From: Armatimonadota bacterium
GTDB taxonomy: Bacteria > Armatimonadota > UBA5829
NCBI GenBank assembly: GCA_026392045.1
Contig: JAPLCU010000008.1
Span: 3,867-67,866, forward strand
Length of the DNA: 64,000 nt
Direction: 5' to 3'
Positions 53,976 to 63,441 of the stretch are shown here, piece after piece. A model generated the notes under the pieces. The model had not been told where the DNA came from. It worked only from the letters and a program-made list of their open reading frames with translations, and made no database searches. Positions within the stretch are counted from its first letter, which is position 1. Every line of letters begins with the position of its first letter. The translations under genes and the position numbers were made by a program.

Positions 53976-54238
53976 GTTTGCTCCTGAAAACTAGGGAATA
54001 GGGAACAGGGAACAGGGAATAGTCCGGATTGTACCCAATACATCCTCTTGTCTATTATCTTATTATAGCGGGCATAGCAATTGTTCGCAGGAACAGAGGC
54101 AACCGCCCGCGTAAGCTGGGAAGTCATACCGTAAATCTCTGATTTCGGGAAGGATTTGCTTAATTGGTATACACAAACAGCCAAGTCCATAGCCTTCTGC
54201 CAAACAATCAAATCCCGATGCGAATTAACCAAAGCCAT
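53972..54238 (-). pseudogene. Truncated duplicate of the four-helix-bundle gene (first 52 codons only, then a repeat-derived read-through)
   Basis: 54083-54238 is about 90% identical at DNA level to 54570-54725. Homology ends after ...VASVPAN. The remainder runs into the GTTCCCT heptamer array. Confidence 0.75.
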
Positions 54239-54326
54239 AATCGTAAATCCCTTCTCGTTTTTCCTAACTTAGAAGAATTTCTAATTATCTCAAGAGATAA
54301 GCTTACTCGAAAAAACTCCCTTCCCA

Positions 54327-54365
54327 ACTATTCCCTGTTCCCTGTTCCCTATTCTCTGTCCCCTA
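54327..54365. repeat. Heptamer tandem array (GTTCCCT-type)
   Basis: Reads ctattccctgttccctgttccctattctctgtcccc. Related arrays lie at 54745-54782, 47894-47921 and, inverted, at 53993-54027. Confidence 0.85.
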
Positions 54366-54725
54366 CCTTTCTATCTTATTGCGCATAGAAGTTAGCATCT
54401 TACTAATTTCAGTTATAAGCCCAAAGATTGCGCATGTATCTTCTGACTTAATATAATCTAGCCTGATTGCCAGCATCAAAAATGTCTCTGTTTCCATCAA
54501 GGAACCTTTTGCAATGGCAAGAAAATGTGAGTAGTCCTTGCCCGTACCTCGTGCATTTCCTTCAGCAATGTTTGCAGGAACAGAGGCAACCGCCCGCGTA
54601 AGCTGGGAAGTCATACCGTAAATCTCTGATTTTGGAAAGGATTTGCTTAATTGGTATACACAAACAGCCAAATCCATTGCTTTCTGCCAAACGATAAGAT
54701 CTCTATGCGAGTTAATTTGTGTCAT
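54363..54725 (-). CDS. Four-helix-bundle protein (23S rRNA intervening-sequence protein family; same family as DGR Avd)
   Basis: DLIVWQKAMDLAVCVYQLSKSFPKSEIYGMTSQLTRAVASVPANIAEGNAR and AKGSLMETETFL. Start set at MTQINSH. Confidence 0.9.
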   Translation of the reverse strand: MTQINSHRDLIVWQKAMDLAVCVYQLSKSFPKSEIYGMTSQLTRAVASVPANIAEGNARGTGKDYSHFLAIAKGSLMETETFLMLAIRLDYIKSEDTCAIFGLITEISKMLTSMRNKIER

Positions 54726-54775
54726 AACGCGTCTCCTACCTTCCCTTCTATTCCCTGTTCCCTGTAACCTATTCC

Positions 54776-55933
54776 CTACCTTCTCCATTCCCAAGGCTTC
54801 ATCCTCGTATAAACTTGCCAGAACTGGGCTTTCATGTCTGAGATTATTGCCTGCATTCGTTCTTGCATGCCGGGTGAGGTTGCCATGACGGTGGCTATGA
54901 CAACGAGCGCCGCTATTGCGAGCACGCCAACGTATTTCAGATTCGGCTGAGGCCTGTAGAGCTTGCTTACTCCCTTAGCGTCGACGAGTCGATTGCCTAC
55001 TTTCAGGCGAGTAAGGAACGTGCTGGACATGCCTTTGCGGCCCTTATCCAGAAAATCTATTAAGTGCGAGTGAGTTCCTACGGCCACAATCAGCTCTGCG
55101 CCCTTTTCGTAGGCCAACAGCAGCGCAAGGTCTTCGCTGGTGCCCGGAACCGCGCAGACCTGCGGCGCCAGGCCAAGCTCTTCTAAGCGAGGCAACCCCG
55201 GGGCTTTGCCGTTTGTGTAAGCGTGAACTATCAACTCGGCGCCGCATTTGAGCGTGGCATCGCTCACGCTGTCCATGTCTCCGATGATTATATTCGGCTG
55301 TAATCCCATCTCCATCAGCGCGTCAGCCCCGCCGTCCACGCCTATGAGCACGGGCTTCATATCCCGAATATAGCTGCGGATTGTCGAGAGGTCTTCTTTG
55401 TAAGACTCGCCGCGAACCACCACCAGCGCATGCCGCTCGTTGATGATGGTGTTCACATCCGGAAGAGCGGTCGGGTCTAGAATCAGCGACTTTTCTTTGA
55501 TTACATAATTCAGCGTGTTCTCGGCAAACTGCTGGAGCACATCTCCAAGGTTGGTTTTGGCCTCTTCGAGCAACTGCGTGACTCTGGACTTTGTGAGCGC
55601 TTCGCCTTTAGAAAGCGTGACCTCGCCGCGCCGGATTTCACCGCCGACTCTGTTAATGGTCTCGCCTTCCTTGATGCCTTTGAAAAGCTCCTCGCCTGCG
55701 TTGTCTATGAGCACGATTCCCGCATCCAACAGCACGCGCGGGCCGAGGTTAGGGTAGCGGCCCGAGCAGGACTTGGCAACATTCACCACCGCCGCCACGC
55801 GCGCTTCAACCAGCATCCGCGCGGCGGTGGAATCGATGTCTGCGTGGTCAATGAGGGCGATATCCCCCGGTTTGAGCCGCTTCGCAAGGTCCTTTGTTCG
55901 TTTATCTAGCCTAACTGTTCCGCTGATCTGCAA
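54776..55933 (-). CDS. steA: SteA-like cytokinetic ring-associated protein (thiamin-pyrophosphokinase-like domain)
   Basis: GTVRLDKRTKDLAKRLKPGDIALIDHADID and IIGDMDS, with a C-terminal TM segment. Overlaps the recN 3' end by 23 nt. Confidence 0.8.
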   Translation of the reverse strand: MQISGTVRLDKRTKDLAKRLKPGDIALIDHADIDSTAARMLVEARVAAVVNVAKSCSGRYPNLGPRVLLDAGIVLIDNAGEELFKGIKEGETINRVGGEIRRGEVTLSKGEALTKSRVTQLLEEAKTNLGDVLQQFAENTLNYVIKEKSLILDPTALPDVNTIINERHALVVVRGESYKEDLSTIRSYIRDMKPVLIGVDGGADALMEMGLQPNIIIGDMDSVSDATLKCGAELIVHAYTNGKAPGLPRLEELGLAPQVCAVPGTSEDLALLLAYEKGAELIVAVGTHSHLIDFLDKGRKGMSSTFLTRLKVGNRLVDAKGVSKLYRPQPNLKYVGVLAIAALVVIATVMATSPGMQERMQAIISDMKAQFWQVYTRMKPWEWRR

Positions 55934-57584
55934 GTGAGAGCATCTCCCTGGCGTGTTCGGCAGCGGCGCTGGATGTTTCCTCGCCGCCGAGCATGCGCGC
56001 CAATTCCATCACACGCTCTTCGCCTTCTAATGTTCTAACCCTGACAAAACTTCTTCCGCCTTCGACCACTTTCTCGACCGTAAAGTGCCTCGCGGCCTTG
56101 CTGGCGACCTGCGGCAGATGGGTGACGCACATCACCTGATACTTGCCCGATATCGATGCCAGCTTATCACCCAAAACCTGAGCGGTGCGCCCACCGATGC
56201 CTGTGTCAATTTCATCGAAGACAAGGGTCGGCGTCTCTGCACTGGTGGTGACGGATTTCAGCGCGAGCATGACCCTGGACATTTCGCCGCCCGATGCGAT
56301 CTTCACAAGCGGCTTCACGGGCTCGCCGGGGTTGGGCGAAATCATGAACTCGACCGCATCGGCTCCCTTTGGACCGGGTTGGGTTGGAGTGATTCCGACC
56401 TCAAACTTCGTCTTGCCCATAGCAAGGTCGGCGAGTTCTTGTTCTACTTTCTTCTCGAAATCAGGGGCAGTTCCCTTCCTGCGAGCAGTCAATTTTGCAG
56501 AGACTGATTCCAGGTGGGTTCGAAGATCCTCAATTCGACAAGTAAGCTCCTGCGAGCGTGTATCGGCGTTAATCAGGCCGTAAATCTTGTTGGCGAGGTC
56601 TTCATGGTATTTAATCATATCTTCGATGGTGTCGCCATACTTGCGTTTAAGGAGCCTGATTGTGTCCAACCGCTCCTCAATCTGCTCGAGGCGAGCGGGG
56701 TTGGCTTCGACCTCATCGCGGTAGTCGCGAACTGCCGAAAGGGCCTCCTGAGCATTGATGAGCGCCTCTTTAACGGTCTCGGCGAAACATTCCACGATCG
56801 GGTCGAAGCGCGTCATTCGCTCAGCCGATGTCGATGCCAGGCTCAGGCTGTCTATGCTGCCTCCATCGCCCGCGAGCGCATCATGAATCTCAGATGCCGC
56901 CGTATATAGCTTTTCAGCGTTTGCGAGCCGGTTTCGTTCGTTCGCGAGTTCTTCATCTTCGCCCGCGTGCAGATTTGCGGCGGCAAGCTCTTCGGCCTGG
57001 AACTGATAAAGGTCCAGCATCCGCGCCCGCTCGCGCTCGTCGGTCTGAAGCCTGTCGCGCTCTGCGATTATATCTGAAAGCTCGGTGAAAACGCCTCGGG
57101 CTTCGTCCCGCAGGGCCAAAGTGTCGGGCCCGCACCAGGCATCGAAAATATCGATATGCAGCGGCACCATCAATATTGATTGATGCTCATGCTGGCCGTG
57201 AATATCGATCATTCGGCTGGTGATTTCTTTTTGGACCGCCGTGGTGGTGGTCCTGCCGTTGACCCGAGATTGCGACCTTCCTCCGCGCGCGATTTCTCGG
57301 CTAAGAATGAGAATGCCGTCCTCTGGCTCGAAGCCATACTCAAGGGCAAGCTCGCAAGCCGCCGGGTTGGACGAAACATCAAACACCGCCTCCACAAGCG
57401 CCTTCTCAGCGCCGGTGCGCACCATCTCGCTGCCCGTGCGCTCGCCCAGCGCCGCGCTCATAGCGTCCACAACAATCGATTTCCCCGCCCCGGTTTCACC
57501 CGTAAGCACGTTAAACCCCGGCCCAACCTCCAGCCGCAGGTCATCAATCAAAGCAAAGTTTTGGATATGAAGTTCGAGTAGCAT
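55911..57584 (-). CDS. recN: DNA repair protein RecN
   Basis: MLLELHIQNFALIDDL, LTGETGAGKSI (Walker A), coiled-coil region, ASGGEMSRVMLALK (signature) and LVFDEIDTGIGG (Walker B). Confidence 0.95.
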   Translation of the reverse strand: MLLELHIQNFALIDDLRLEVGPGFNVLTGETGAGKSIVVDAMSAALGERTGSEMVRTGAEKALVEAVFDVSSNPAACELALEYGFEPEDGILILSREIARGGRSQSRVNGRTTTTAVQKEITSRMIDIHGQHEHQSILMVPLHIDIFDAWCGPDTLALRDEARGVFTELSDIIAERDRLQTDERERARMLDLYQFQAEELAAANLHAGEDEELANERNRLANAEKLYTAASEIHDALAGDGGSIDSLSLASTSAERMTRFDPIVECFAETVKEALINAQEALSAVRDYRDEVEANPARLEQIEERLDTIRLLKRKYGDTIEDMIKYHEDLANKIYGLINADTRSQELTCRIEDLRTHLESVSAKLTARRKGTAPDFEKKVEQELADLAMGKTKFEVGITPTQPGPKGADAVEFMISPNPGEPVKPLVKIASGGEMSRVMLALKSVTTSAETPTLVFDEIDTGIGGRTAQVLGDKLASISGKYQVMCVTHLPQVASKAARHFTVEKVVEGGRSFVRVRTLEGEERVMELARMLGGEETSSAAAEHAREMLSLADQRNS

Positions 57585-57669
57585 ATTAGCAATCAGCCGT
57601 CAGCGCTCAGCGCCGGATTTTAATCGCGAAAGCCCGAAAGAAACGAAAACGCGAAAAGTGATCAAAAAA

Positions 57670-57776
57670 GGGAGGGCGAGGCTCCCGCCGAGCCAAAACT
57701 ATCAGCCCATCGAACCATCCAACCATCAGCCTCCCTTCCCTTCCGGGCTCTCCACTCTCCACTTTCCACTCTCCAC
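57670..57776 (+). repeat. Composite intergenic element, long copy
   Basis: GGGAGGGCGAGGCTCCCGCCGAGCCAAA + CCATC-type heptamers + CCTCCCTTCCC + (CTCTCCACT) heptamers. See 45905-45987. Confidence 0.85.
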
Positions 57777-58108
57777 TACCCTTCCCCAGCAAGAACCTCA
57801 AGCGCGCGCTTGGCATCCTCTCTATTAACCATCAAATGAATTCCACCTGTCATAAAAGCAACTGGCCAGTCCACCTGCGATATGATCTCATTTGAGAGAG
57901 CAGCTTTAATGTCGTAAGACTGCAGCCTGATCTTTGCCGACTGAGCTTCCCAATCATACCTGAAATCCGCAACAGTCACCAGGTCAGCCCACTCTGTCTG
58001 CTGCGGTTGCGGCGCAGCCGCAAGCTCATCCACCAAATCCATGTGGCAATCCGGGCATTTTGCAATTCCGGGCAAATATTCATACTTGCAACTCGGGCAG
58101 AAAGGCAT
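57776..58108 (-). CDS. Zinc-ribbon + DUF2007-like small protein
   Basis: MPFCPSCKYEYLPGIAKCPDCH, followed by a C-terminal block resembling DUF2007 (RLQSYDIKAAL and HLMVNREDAKRALEVL). Start set at the ATG after the AGGAG RBS. Confidence 0.5.
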   Translation of the reverse strand: MPFCPSCKYEYLPGIAKCPDCHMDLVDELAAAPQPQQTEWADLVTVADFRYDWEAQSAKIRLQSYDIKAALSNEIISQVDWPVAFMTGGIHLMVNREDAKRALEVLAGEG

Positions 58109-58232
58109 AATAGCGCTCCTAATTGAATGATTAAGATAGGCCTCTATATTATACAGCAAAAAGGCGCCAAAGTTGACTACTTCAGCGCCTTCCCTCTTAA
58201 TTCATAATTCATAATTTAGAATTCGCGAAGCG

Positions 58233-59105
58233 CTATTGTCCGTTGAAACGTTCGCCCCATCGCAGGCGTTTTTGGAGCTTATTGTAGAAGCTTTGCGGCT
58301 CAATTTGGACGAGTTTCGCTTTGAAATCAGCCTTGCCTATGCTAATCTTATCGTTGCATACAAGGTGCTCGCCGAGTTGGCCATCCATGGTCAGCATCAT
58401 GGACACGGGGTCGTCGCCGCATTCACCTATGATCTGCACGGTCTCATTATCTGGAATCACTAGCGCGCGCGCGTTGAGGGTGTGAGGGCAGATTGGGGTT
58501 ATGATTAGCACAGACACATCCGGGTGGACAACCGGCCCACCGGCAGAAAGCGAATACGCAGTGCTTCCGGTAGGGGTGGAGATAATGATTCCGTCGGCTG
58601 TGTAGGTGACTATAAACTTGCCGTTGACATAAGTGTGCAGGCCCAGCATGCGCGCGAACGGCCCCTTGGATACCACGGCATCGTTAAGTGCGTAATACGT
58701 GCCGATCTCCTGACCATCTCGAGCAACTGTCGCCTTCAGCACCGCTCGTTCGCTGATGATAATCTCACCCGCAAGCACCTTTTTCATCGCAAGGATGGCT
58801 TCGGATGGGTGGATTTCGGTGATGAAGCCGTATTGGCCGAAGTTGACGCCCATCATAGGTGTGCCCTGAGGAGCAGCCATGCGCCCCCATCGCAGCATCG
58901 TGCCGTCGCCGCCAAGCACCAGCAGGAAGTCCGCCGAGCTCACGGCGCTTTCAGTTGCGCCGAGTTCAGTCCTGCCCATACTCGCCGCAATATCCTCGGG
59001 CACAATCACCCGAATGCGTTCGGAGATGAGCCAGTCCGCCAGCTTAGCCGCGAGCTGCATAGATTCAATCTTATGAGGGTTGGGTGCAAGGCCAATGACT
59101 TTCAT
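58233..59105 (-). CDS. nadK: NAD kinase
   Basis: LVLGGDGTML, NFGQYGFI and STPTGSTAYSLSAGGP. Confidence 0.93.
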   Translation of the reverse strand: MKVIGLAPNPHKIESMQLAAKLADWLISERIRVIVPEDIAASMGRTELGATESAVSSADFLLVLGGDGTMLRWGRMAAPQGTPMMGVNFGQYGFITEIHPSEAILAMKKVLAGEIIISERAVLKATVARDGQEIGTYYALNDAVVSKGPFARMLGLHTYVNGKFIVTYTADGIIISTPTGSTAYSLSAGGPVVHPDVSVLIITPICPHTLNARALVIPDNETVQIIGECGDDPVSMMLTMDGQLGEHLVCNDKISIGKADFKAKLVQIEPQSFYNKLQKRLRWGERFNGQ

Positions 59106-59126
59106 CTGGTAACCCTTCTTGGGGAA

Positions 59127-59161
59127 TAGTTGACAGTTGACAGTTGACGGTTGACAGTTCG
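59127..59161. repeat. Heptamer tandem array (GTTGACA)
   Basis: Reads agttgacagttgacagttgacggttgacagttcgg. Related arrays lie at 63024-63057 and 24596-24622. Confidence 0.85.
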
Positions 59162-59200
59162 GTGTTTAGGGAAACCCCTTTCCCGAAACCACCGCTTGGT

Positions 59201-60670
59201 TTATTTCGGCTTCACAGGATTCGTTTCCTTAAGCCGCTTGAGGTTTCGAGTGGCTTCGGCGTGCTTAGGGTCGACCTCCAGCGCCTTCTCATAAAGCTGC
59301 CTGGCTCTATCGATCTTGTTCTGCTTTTCCAATTCCACAGCCAGGTTGTTGTAAGCCGATGCCATCTTGGGATTAAGCGCGATTGCTTTATTATAAGCCA
59401 CAATCGCGTCGTCGGTCTTTTTTACCTGTGAAAGACAAGCCGCCATGCCGAAGTAAGCATCTGCCGAGTTCGGAGTCGCTTTTACAGCCGCCTGATACTG
59501 TTCCAACGCTTTGTCATAGCTCTTTGCGGCGAAGTAAAGGTTCGCGAGGTTGGCGATAGCTGAATTGTTCGCCGGAGCGATCTCCTGCACGCTCTGCCAG
59601 GCCGCGATAGCCTTGTCATTATTGCCCTGCAGGGTGTAAGCCGTGGCAAGGTTCACGAAAGCGGTTGCGAAGCGCGGGCCTTTTTCGGTGGCCTCGGTCA
59701 TCTTAGCGATTCCCTCATCAACTTTGCCGGCCTTGAAAAGCGCCCATCCCTGATAGGTCATTGCTTCCAATTCATCAGGCTTTATCTGCAGCGCGTTTCC
59801 AAATGAGGCTGCGGATTCGGTGAACTTGCTCTGCTTGAGGTAAAGCACACCAAGGTTGAACTGCGGCGTGAACTCACTCGGTTTGAGCTTTGCTGCAGCC
59901 TCATAGCGCTCGGTTGCAGCGATTTCATTCTTCAATGAGACGAGAACATCAGCCATTCCCAACTGGGCGGCGTAATTGTCTTTGTTGATCGCGAGCGCCT
60001 TATCGAGCGCATCTTGAGCCCCTGCAAGGTCACCCTTGGTTTTCAGTGTCAGGCCGAGGTTGGTAGCAGCTTCAGCGTTTTTCGGGCTAAGCTCAACGGC
60101 TTTCTTGAATTGAACAATAGCCTCATCCATCTTGCCGGCGCCTTTGAGCGCCAGGCCCAGGTTATTGTGCAAGCCGGAGTTGTCCGGGGCGATCGCGATA
60201 GCCTTCGTGTATGCATCCCTGGCTTTATCGTAGTCCTTGAGCTGCAGATAGGCAAACCCGAGATTATCGAGGCACTCCGGCCAATCTTTGCGCATCCCAA
60301 GAGCTGCATTGAACTCCACAACGGCTTTATCGTAGTCATTTTTGCCCATGTAGGCCATTCCGAGATTGTGCCGGAGGTCGGGGCCGTCTGCATTGAGGGC
60401 GCGCGCCTCCTGCAAAGGAACCAGCGCCTCCTGGGCTTTGCCCTGCTGCAGAAGATAAAATCCCAGCCATCTCCTACTCACCGTGTCTTGGGGATTGGCC
60501 TCAGATGCTTTTCGCATCTCCGCAATAGCTTCGTTCACCTTGCCCTGCTTATAGAAGGCAACGCCCTCTCCTACGCCCGCAAAAGAGCAGGTGGCCGTGA
60601 ACAAACAGGCGCTAACAACAATTAAAGATGTGGTAATAGCATTTCGCAATATTGTTTTAGCATCGTTCAT
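59201..60670 (-). CDS. Tetratricopeptide (TPR) repeat protein, secreted or membrane-anchored
   Basis: About 12 consecutive 34-aa TPR units (A..Y..AL...P....A..NLG pattern) after an N-terminal hydrophobic segment. Start chosen at MNDAK (GGAG RBS). The alternative upstream ATG is at 60685. Confidence 0.85.
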   Translation of the reverse strand: MNDAKTILRNAITTSLIVVSACLFTATCSFAGVGEGVAFYKQGKVNEAIAEMRKASEANPQDTVSRRWLGFYLLQQGKAQEALVPLQEARALNADGPDLRHNLGMAYMGKNDYDKAVVEFNAALGMRKDWPECLDNLGFAYLQLKDYDKARDAYTKAIAIAPDNSGLHNNLGLALKGAGKMDEAIVQFKKAVELSPKNAEAATNLGLTLKTKGDLAGAQDALDKALAINKDNYAAQLGMADVLVSLKNEIAATERYEAAAKLKPSEFTPQFNLGVLYLKQSKFTESAASFGNALQIKPDELEAMTYQGWALFKAGKVDEGIAKMTEATEKGPRFATAFVNLATAYTLQGNNDKAIAAWQSVQEIAPANNSAIANLANLYFAAKSYDKALEQYQAAVKATPNSADAYFGMAACLSQVKKTDDAIVAYNKAIALNPKMASAYNNLAVELEKQNKIDRARQLYEKALEVDPKHAEATRNLKRLKETNPVKPK

Positions 60671-60829
60671 ATTACTTCGCTCCATGAATTTAAGATAGAT
60701 AATTATTGGATCGAACTGATAATGGACACATTATAACAGTGGCACTATTTCAAAAGCAAGTTGCAGTTGCCTTAGCCAGCTCGGCTTATTTGAGTATGGC
60801 CAGGGGAATACTAGAAAAGGGTGATTCAC

Positions 60830-61090
60830 ATGCAAATTACGCTAAGTTCGTCTGCCCGCAACAAACTGGAGCAGATTCTCGATTACCTATATACCCGCTG
60901 TGACCTGGAAGAACTCAAGCCTGATGAGTTGATAGACGCTATGATCAACCATAGCCTGGATTTGATATCAACCGACGACAGGCCGCTAATTGATTGCAGA
61001 GACCGATTAATCGAATGCTGCGGCCTCAAGGTCGGTATCCACGTCGGCGCTGATGTAAAATTTGACGAAAGCGAGGAGTATCGCGGCTAA
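60830..61090 (+). CDS. Hypothetical small acidic protein
   Basis: 86-aa ORF starting MQITLSSSARNKLEQILDYL. No family recognised. Confidence 0.35.
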   Translation: MQITLSSSARNKLEQILDYLYTRCDLEELKPDELIDAMINHSLDLISTDDRPLIDCRDRLIECCGLKVGIHVGADVKFDESEEYRG

Positions 61091-61208
61091 TCCTGATCGT
61101 CCGGGAAATCTGTTCCCGGATGCGTATCACATGATCGTCCCGAAAGCTTTCGGGATGCGCACCTGCAATTCACGGAACGGGTTTCCGTTTTATCTGATCA
61201 ATTCTTGC

Positions 61209-61406
61209 TTAAATGCTTCCGTCGAAATCAGGGTCCATCATACTGGACGCTTTGACATCTGATGCGCAGATTGGGCAAAGGATTTCGTCGCGTTCGTAGT
61301 CATCCTTGCTGATTCTAATTGGCCTCCCGCATCTTTCGCAACGTGGCTTACTATTGACTCGCCCATTCGTTCGCTGGGCAAACTCATCCTCGGACAGCCG
61401 CTTCAT
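61209..61406 (-). CDS. Hypothetical zinc-ribbon small protein
   Basis: CERCGRPI and CPICASD, two CxxC pairs in 65 aa. Confidence 0.4.
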   Translation of the reverse strand: MKRLSEDEFAQRTNGRVNSKPRCERCGRPIRISKDDYERDEILCPICASDVKASSMMDPDFDGSI

Positions 61407-61716
61407 CTGTCACCTCCGACAAGACATGTTACTATCGAAATAGTTTCGATATTCCATTTATACCCCAACTTTGCCCTAAAAGCAAGAGTTTTTTTATGTT
61501 TTCCTAAGACTTCACTAAATATCAAGCACACAAAAAGTAAAACGCATGGTATACTGAATGTATGATCGCTTGAATCGGTCCTCAATATTGTGATAGTGAT
61601 CAGAAATCAGTACCGTCCCATAATTATTGAAACAGGTCATTATTGCTATGGTTTACGCTCATAACCCTGGTTTCCGCTGATCCCATTGTTGGTTTTTGCA
61701 GCCAGGTGTCATAAGG

Positions 61717-61775
61717 AAATGCTAGATTTGAAAGCTTATCATGCTGCTCATCCTTCGAGAGCCTCAGGATGGCGA
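61717..61775 (+). repeat. Conserved 59-nt element E, second copy
   Basis: Identical by reading to 4792-4850. Confidence 0.85.
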
Positions 61776-61829
61776 AGTGGTAACTTGGCGAAGTGGTAAC
61801 TTGGCGAGTTGGTAACTTGGCGAGTTGGA
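61772..61829. repeat. 16-mer tandem array (GCGARTTGGTAACTTG) x3.6
   Basis: Starts inside the 3' end of element E. It generates the artefactual ORF 61624-61872. Confidence 0.9.
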
Positions 61830-61938
61830 CTGAATGACTCATGCGAAGACAAATCAAAAACTCAGAACTCAAAACTCAAAACTATTACATCGAATGCTAT
61901 GGGACGGTAATGAACAGAAATAGCAGAAAAACCAAAAA

Positions 61939-63021
61939 ATGAAATCATTACGATTATGTTTGATTGGGTGCGCCTTAGCGCTGCAATGCGCAGCTTGCTG
62001 GGCAGTGTGTGGAGTGCGAATATCCGACTTGCATCACATCCCAACTCCGCCGAATCCTATTAAGGTATGGGGTAAGGTAAAGAGTGTATCGCCGCTTAAA
62101 ATAAGCGATGGGCGCGCGGAGATTCAAGTAAATGGTTTCACCGCATCACTTAATGATTTTGTGGTTGTTACGGGCGATTGGAATGGAACTGTGTTAACTG
62201 TCGCCGTTACCAGCACGATTACCGGCGAGATGATCTCCATTCCGGCTGGCGCATTCAGCATGGGAACGCCTACTAGCTATACAGGGTTTCATTACCCCAA
62301 TGAACACCCTCAGCACTCGGTAACCCTTGGCGCTTATAGCATAGGCAAGTATGAGGTAACCCGCGCCGAGTATCGCAAATTCATAGAGGCCGATGGATAT
62401 TCTACACAATCCTATTGGTCTGTTGCGGGATGGAATTGGCGCAACAACTGTGATGGGCTGGGTCTTGTGCGTAACGAGCCTGATTATTGGACTGCGATAC
62501 AGACTTGGGGCAGCCCTCCGGGTGCATTCACACAAACGGACAATCACCCCGTAGTGGGCGTTAGCTATTATGAAGCTGAAGCTTATTGCAATTGGGCTGG
62601 AGGTTATTTGCCTACCGAGGCTCAGTGGGAACGGGCTGCCAGATGGACCGGCAGCGTTGCCTATATATATCCGTGGGGTGATACCTGGGATCAGGAGAAA
62701 TGCAACAACGGGTTTGACAGTCTGTATTCTCTTTTTCAGACCGCTCCAGTGGGCAGCTACTCGGCCTATCCGAGCGCTTCCGGCTGTCAGGACATGGCTG
62801 GCAATGTATGGGAATGGTGCAAGGATCGGTATAAAGACACTTATTATTCTTCGCTACCTGATGGCGAATGGATCGACCCACAGGGGCCTGCAAGTGGCAG
62901 CTTGCGTGTCTGTCGGGGCGGTAGTTGGAACTACGGCGAAAACTTCGTCCGATGCGCTTGCCGTAATTATGGCAATCCTGAAAACTACAACTACGAACTC
63001 GGGTTTCGCTTGGCTCGCTAG
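61939..63021 (+). CDS. FGE-sulfatase (SUMF1/C-type-lectin fold) protein with N-terminal OB-like module
   Basis: Signal/lipobox-like N-terminus. PIKVWGKVKSVSPLKISDG...VVVTGDW. GKYEVTRAEYRKFI, NHPVVGVSYYEAEAYCNWAGGYLPTEAQWERAARW, GNVWEWCKDRY, RGGSW and GFRLAR. Confidence 0.85.
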   Translation: MKSLRLCLIGCALALQCAACWAVCGVRISDLHHIPTPPNPIKVWGKVKSVSPLKISDGRAEIQVNGFTASLNDFVVVTGDWNGTVLTVAVTSTITGEMISIPAGAFSMGTPTSYTGFHYPNEHPQHSVTLGAYSIGKYEVTRAEYRKFIEADGYSTQSYWSVAGWNWRNNCDGLGLVRNEPDYWTAIQTWGSPPGAFTQTDNHPVVGVSYYEAEAYCNWAGGYLPTEAQWERAARWTGSVAYIYPWGDTWDQEKCNNGFDSLYSLFQTAPVGSYSAYPSASGCQDMAGNVWEWCKDRYKDTYYSSLPDGEWIDPQGPASGSLRVCRGGSWNYGENFVRCACRNYGNPENYNYELGFRLAR

Positions 63022-63146
63022 TCTAACTGTTGGCAGTTGGCAGTTGACGGTTAGCAGATGTCGCTTTCCCCAACCGTAAACCGACAATCCATAAACCTAT
63101 CTCGCTTCAGGAGGGCGCAATCTATGCACAAGAAACTCCATGGGGT

Positions 63147-63233
63147 ATATAAGTTGTAAGTCATAAGTTATAAGTTCAGAACCAGATTCCCCGTCGTTAG
63201 TTACTTACGACTTATAACCATAACTTATAACTT
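63147..63233. repeat. Inverted pair of ATAAGTY heptamer arrays (long imperfect hairpin)
   Basis: tataagttgtaagtcataagttataagtt ... acttacgacttataaccataacttataactt. Confidence 0.8.
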
Positions 63234-63441
63234 GACTACGCTTGAGAACCTCACCCTTCGGGACGAAAAACAGTCCCGAAGTATATTGTTGTGACTTTAT
63301 CCGCCACCGCTAGCAGGCAGGCGAAGTCCTTCCGATATAGCACTAGATACAAAAATGGACCAAGATCACATTCTTGTTGTAACTGGAAACCCTTTTCCCG
63401 ATACTTCCGAGCACACACATTTCGGGAAAGGGGTTTCCCGA

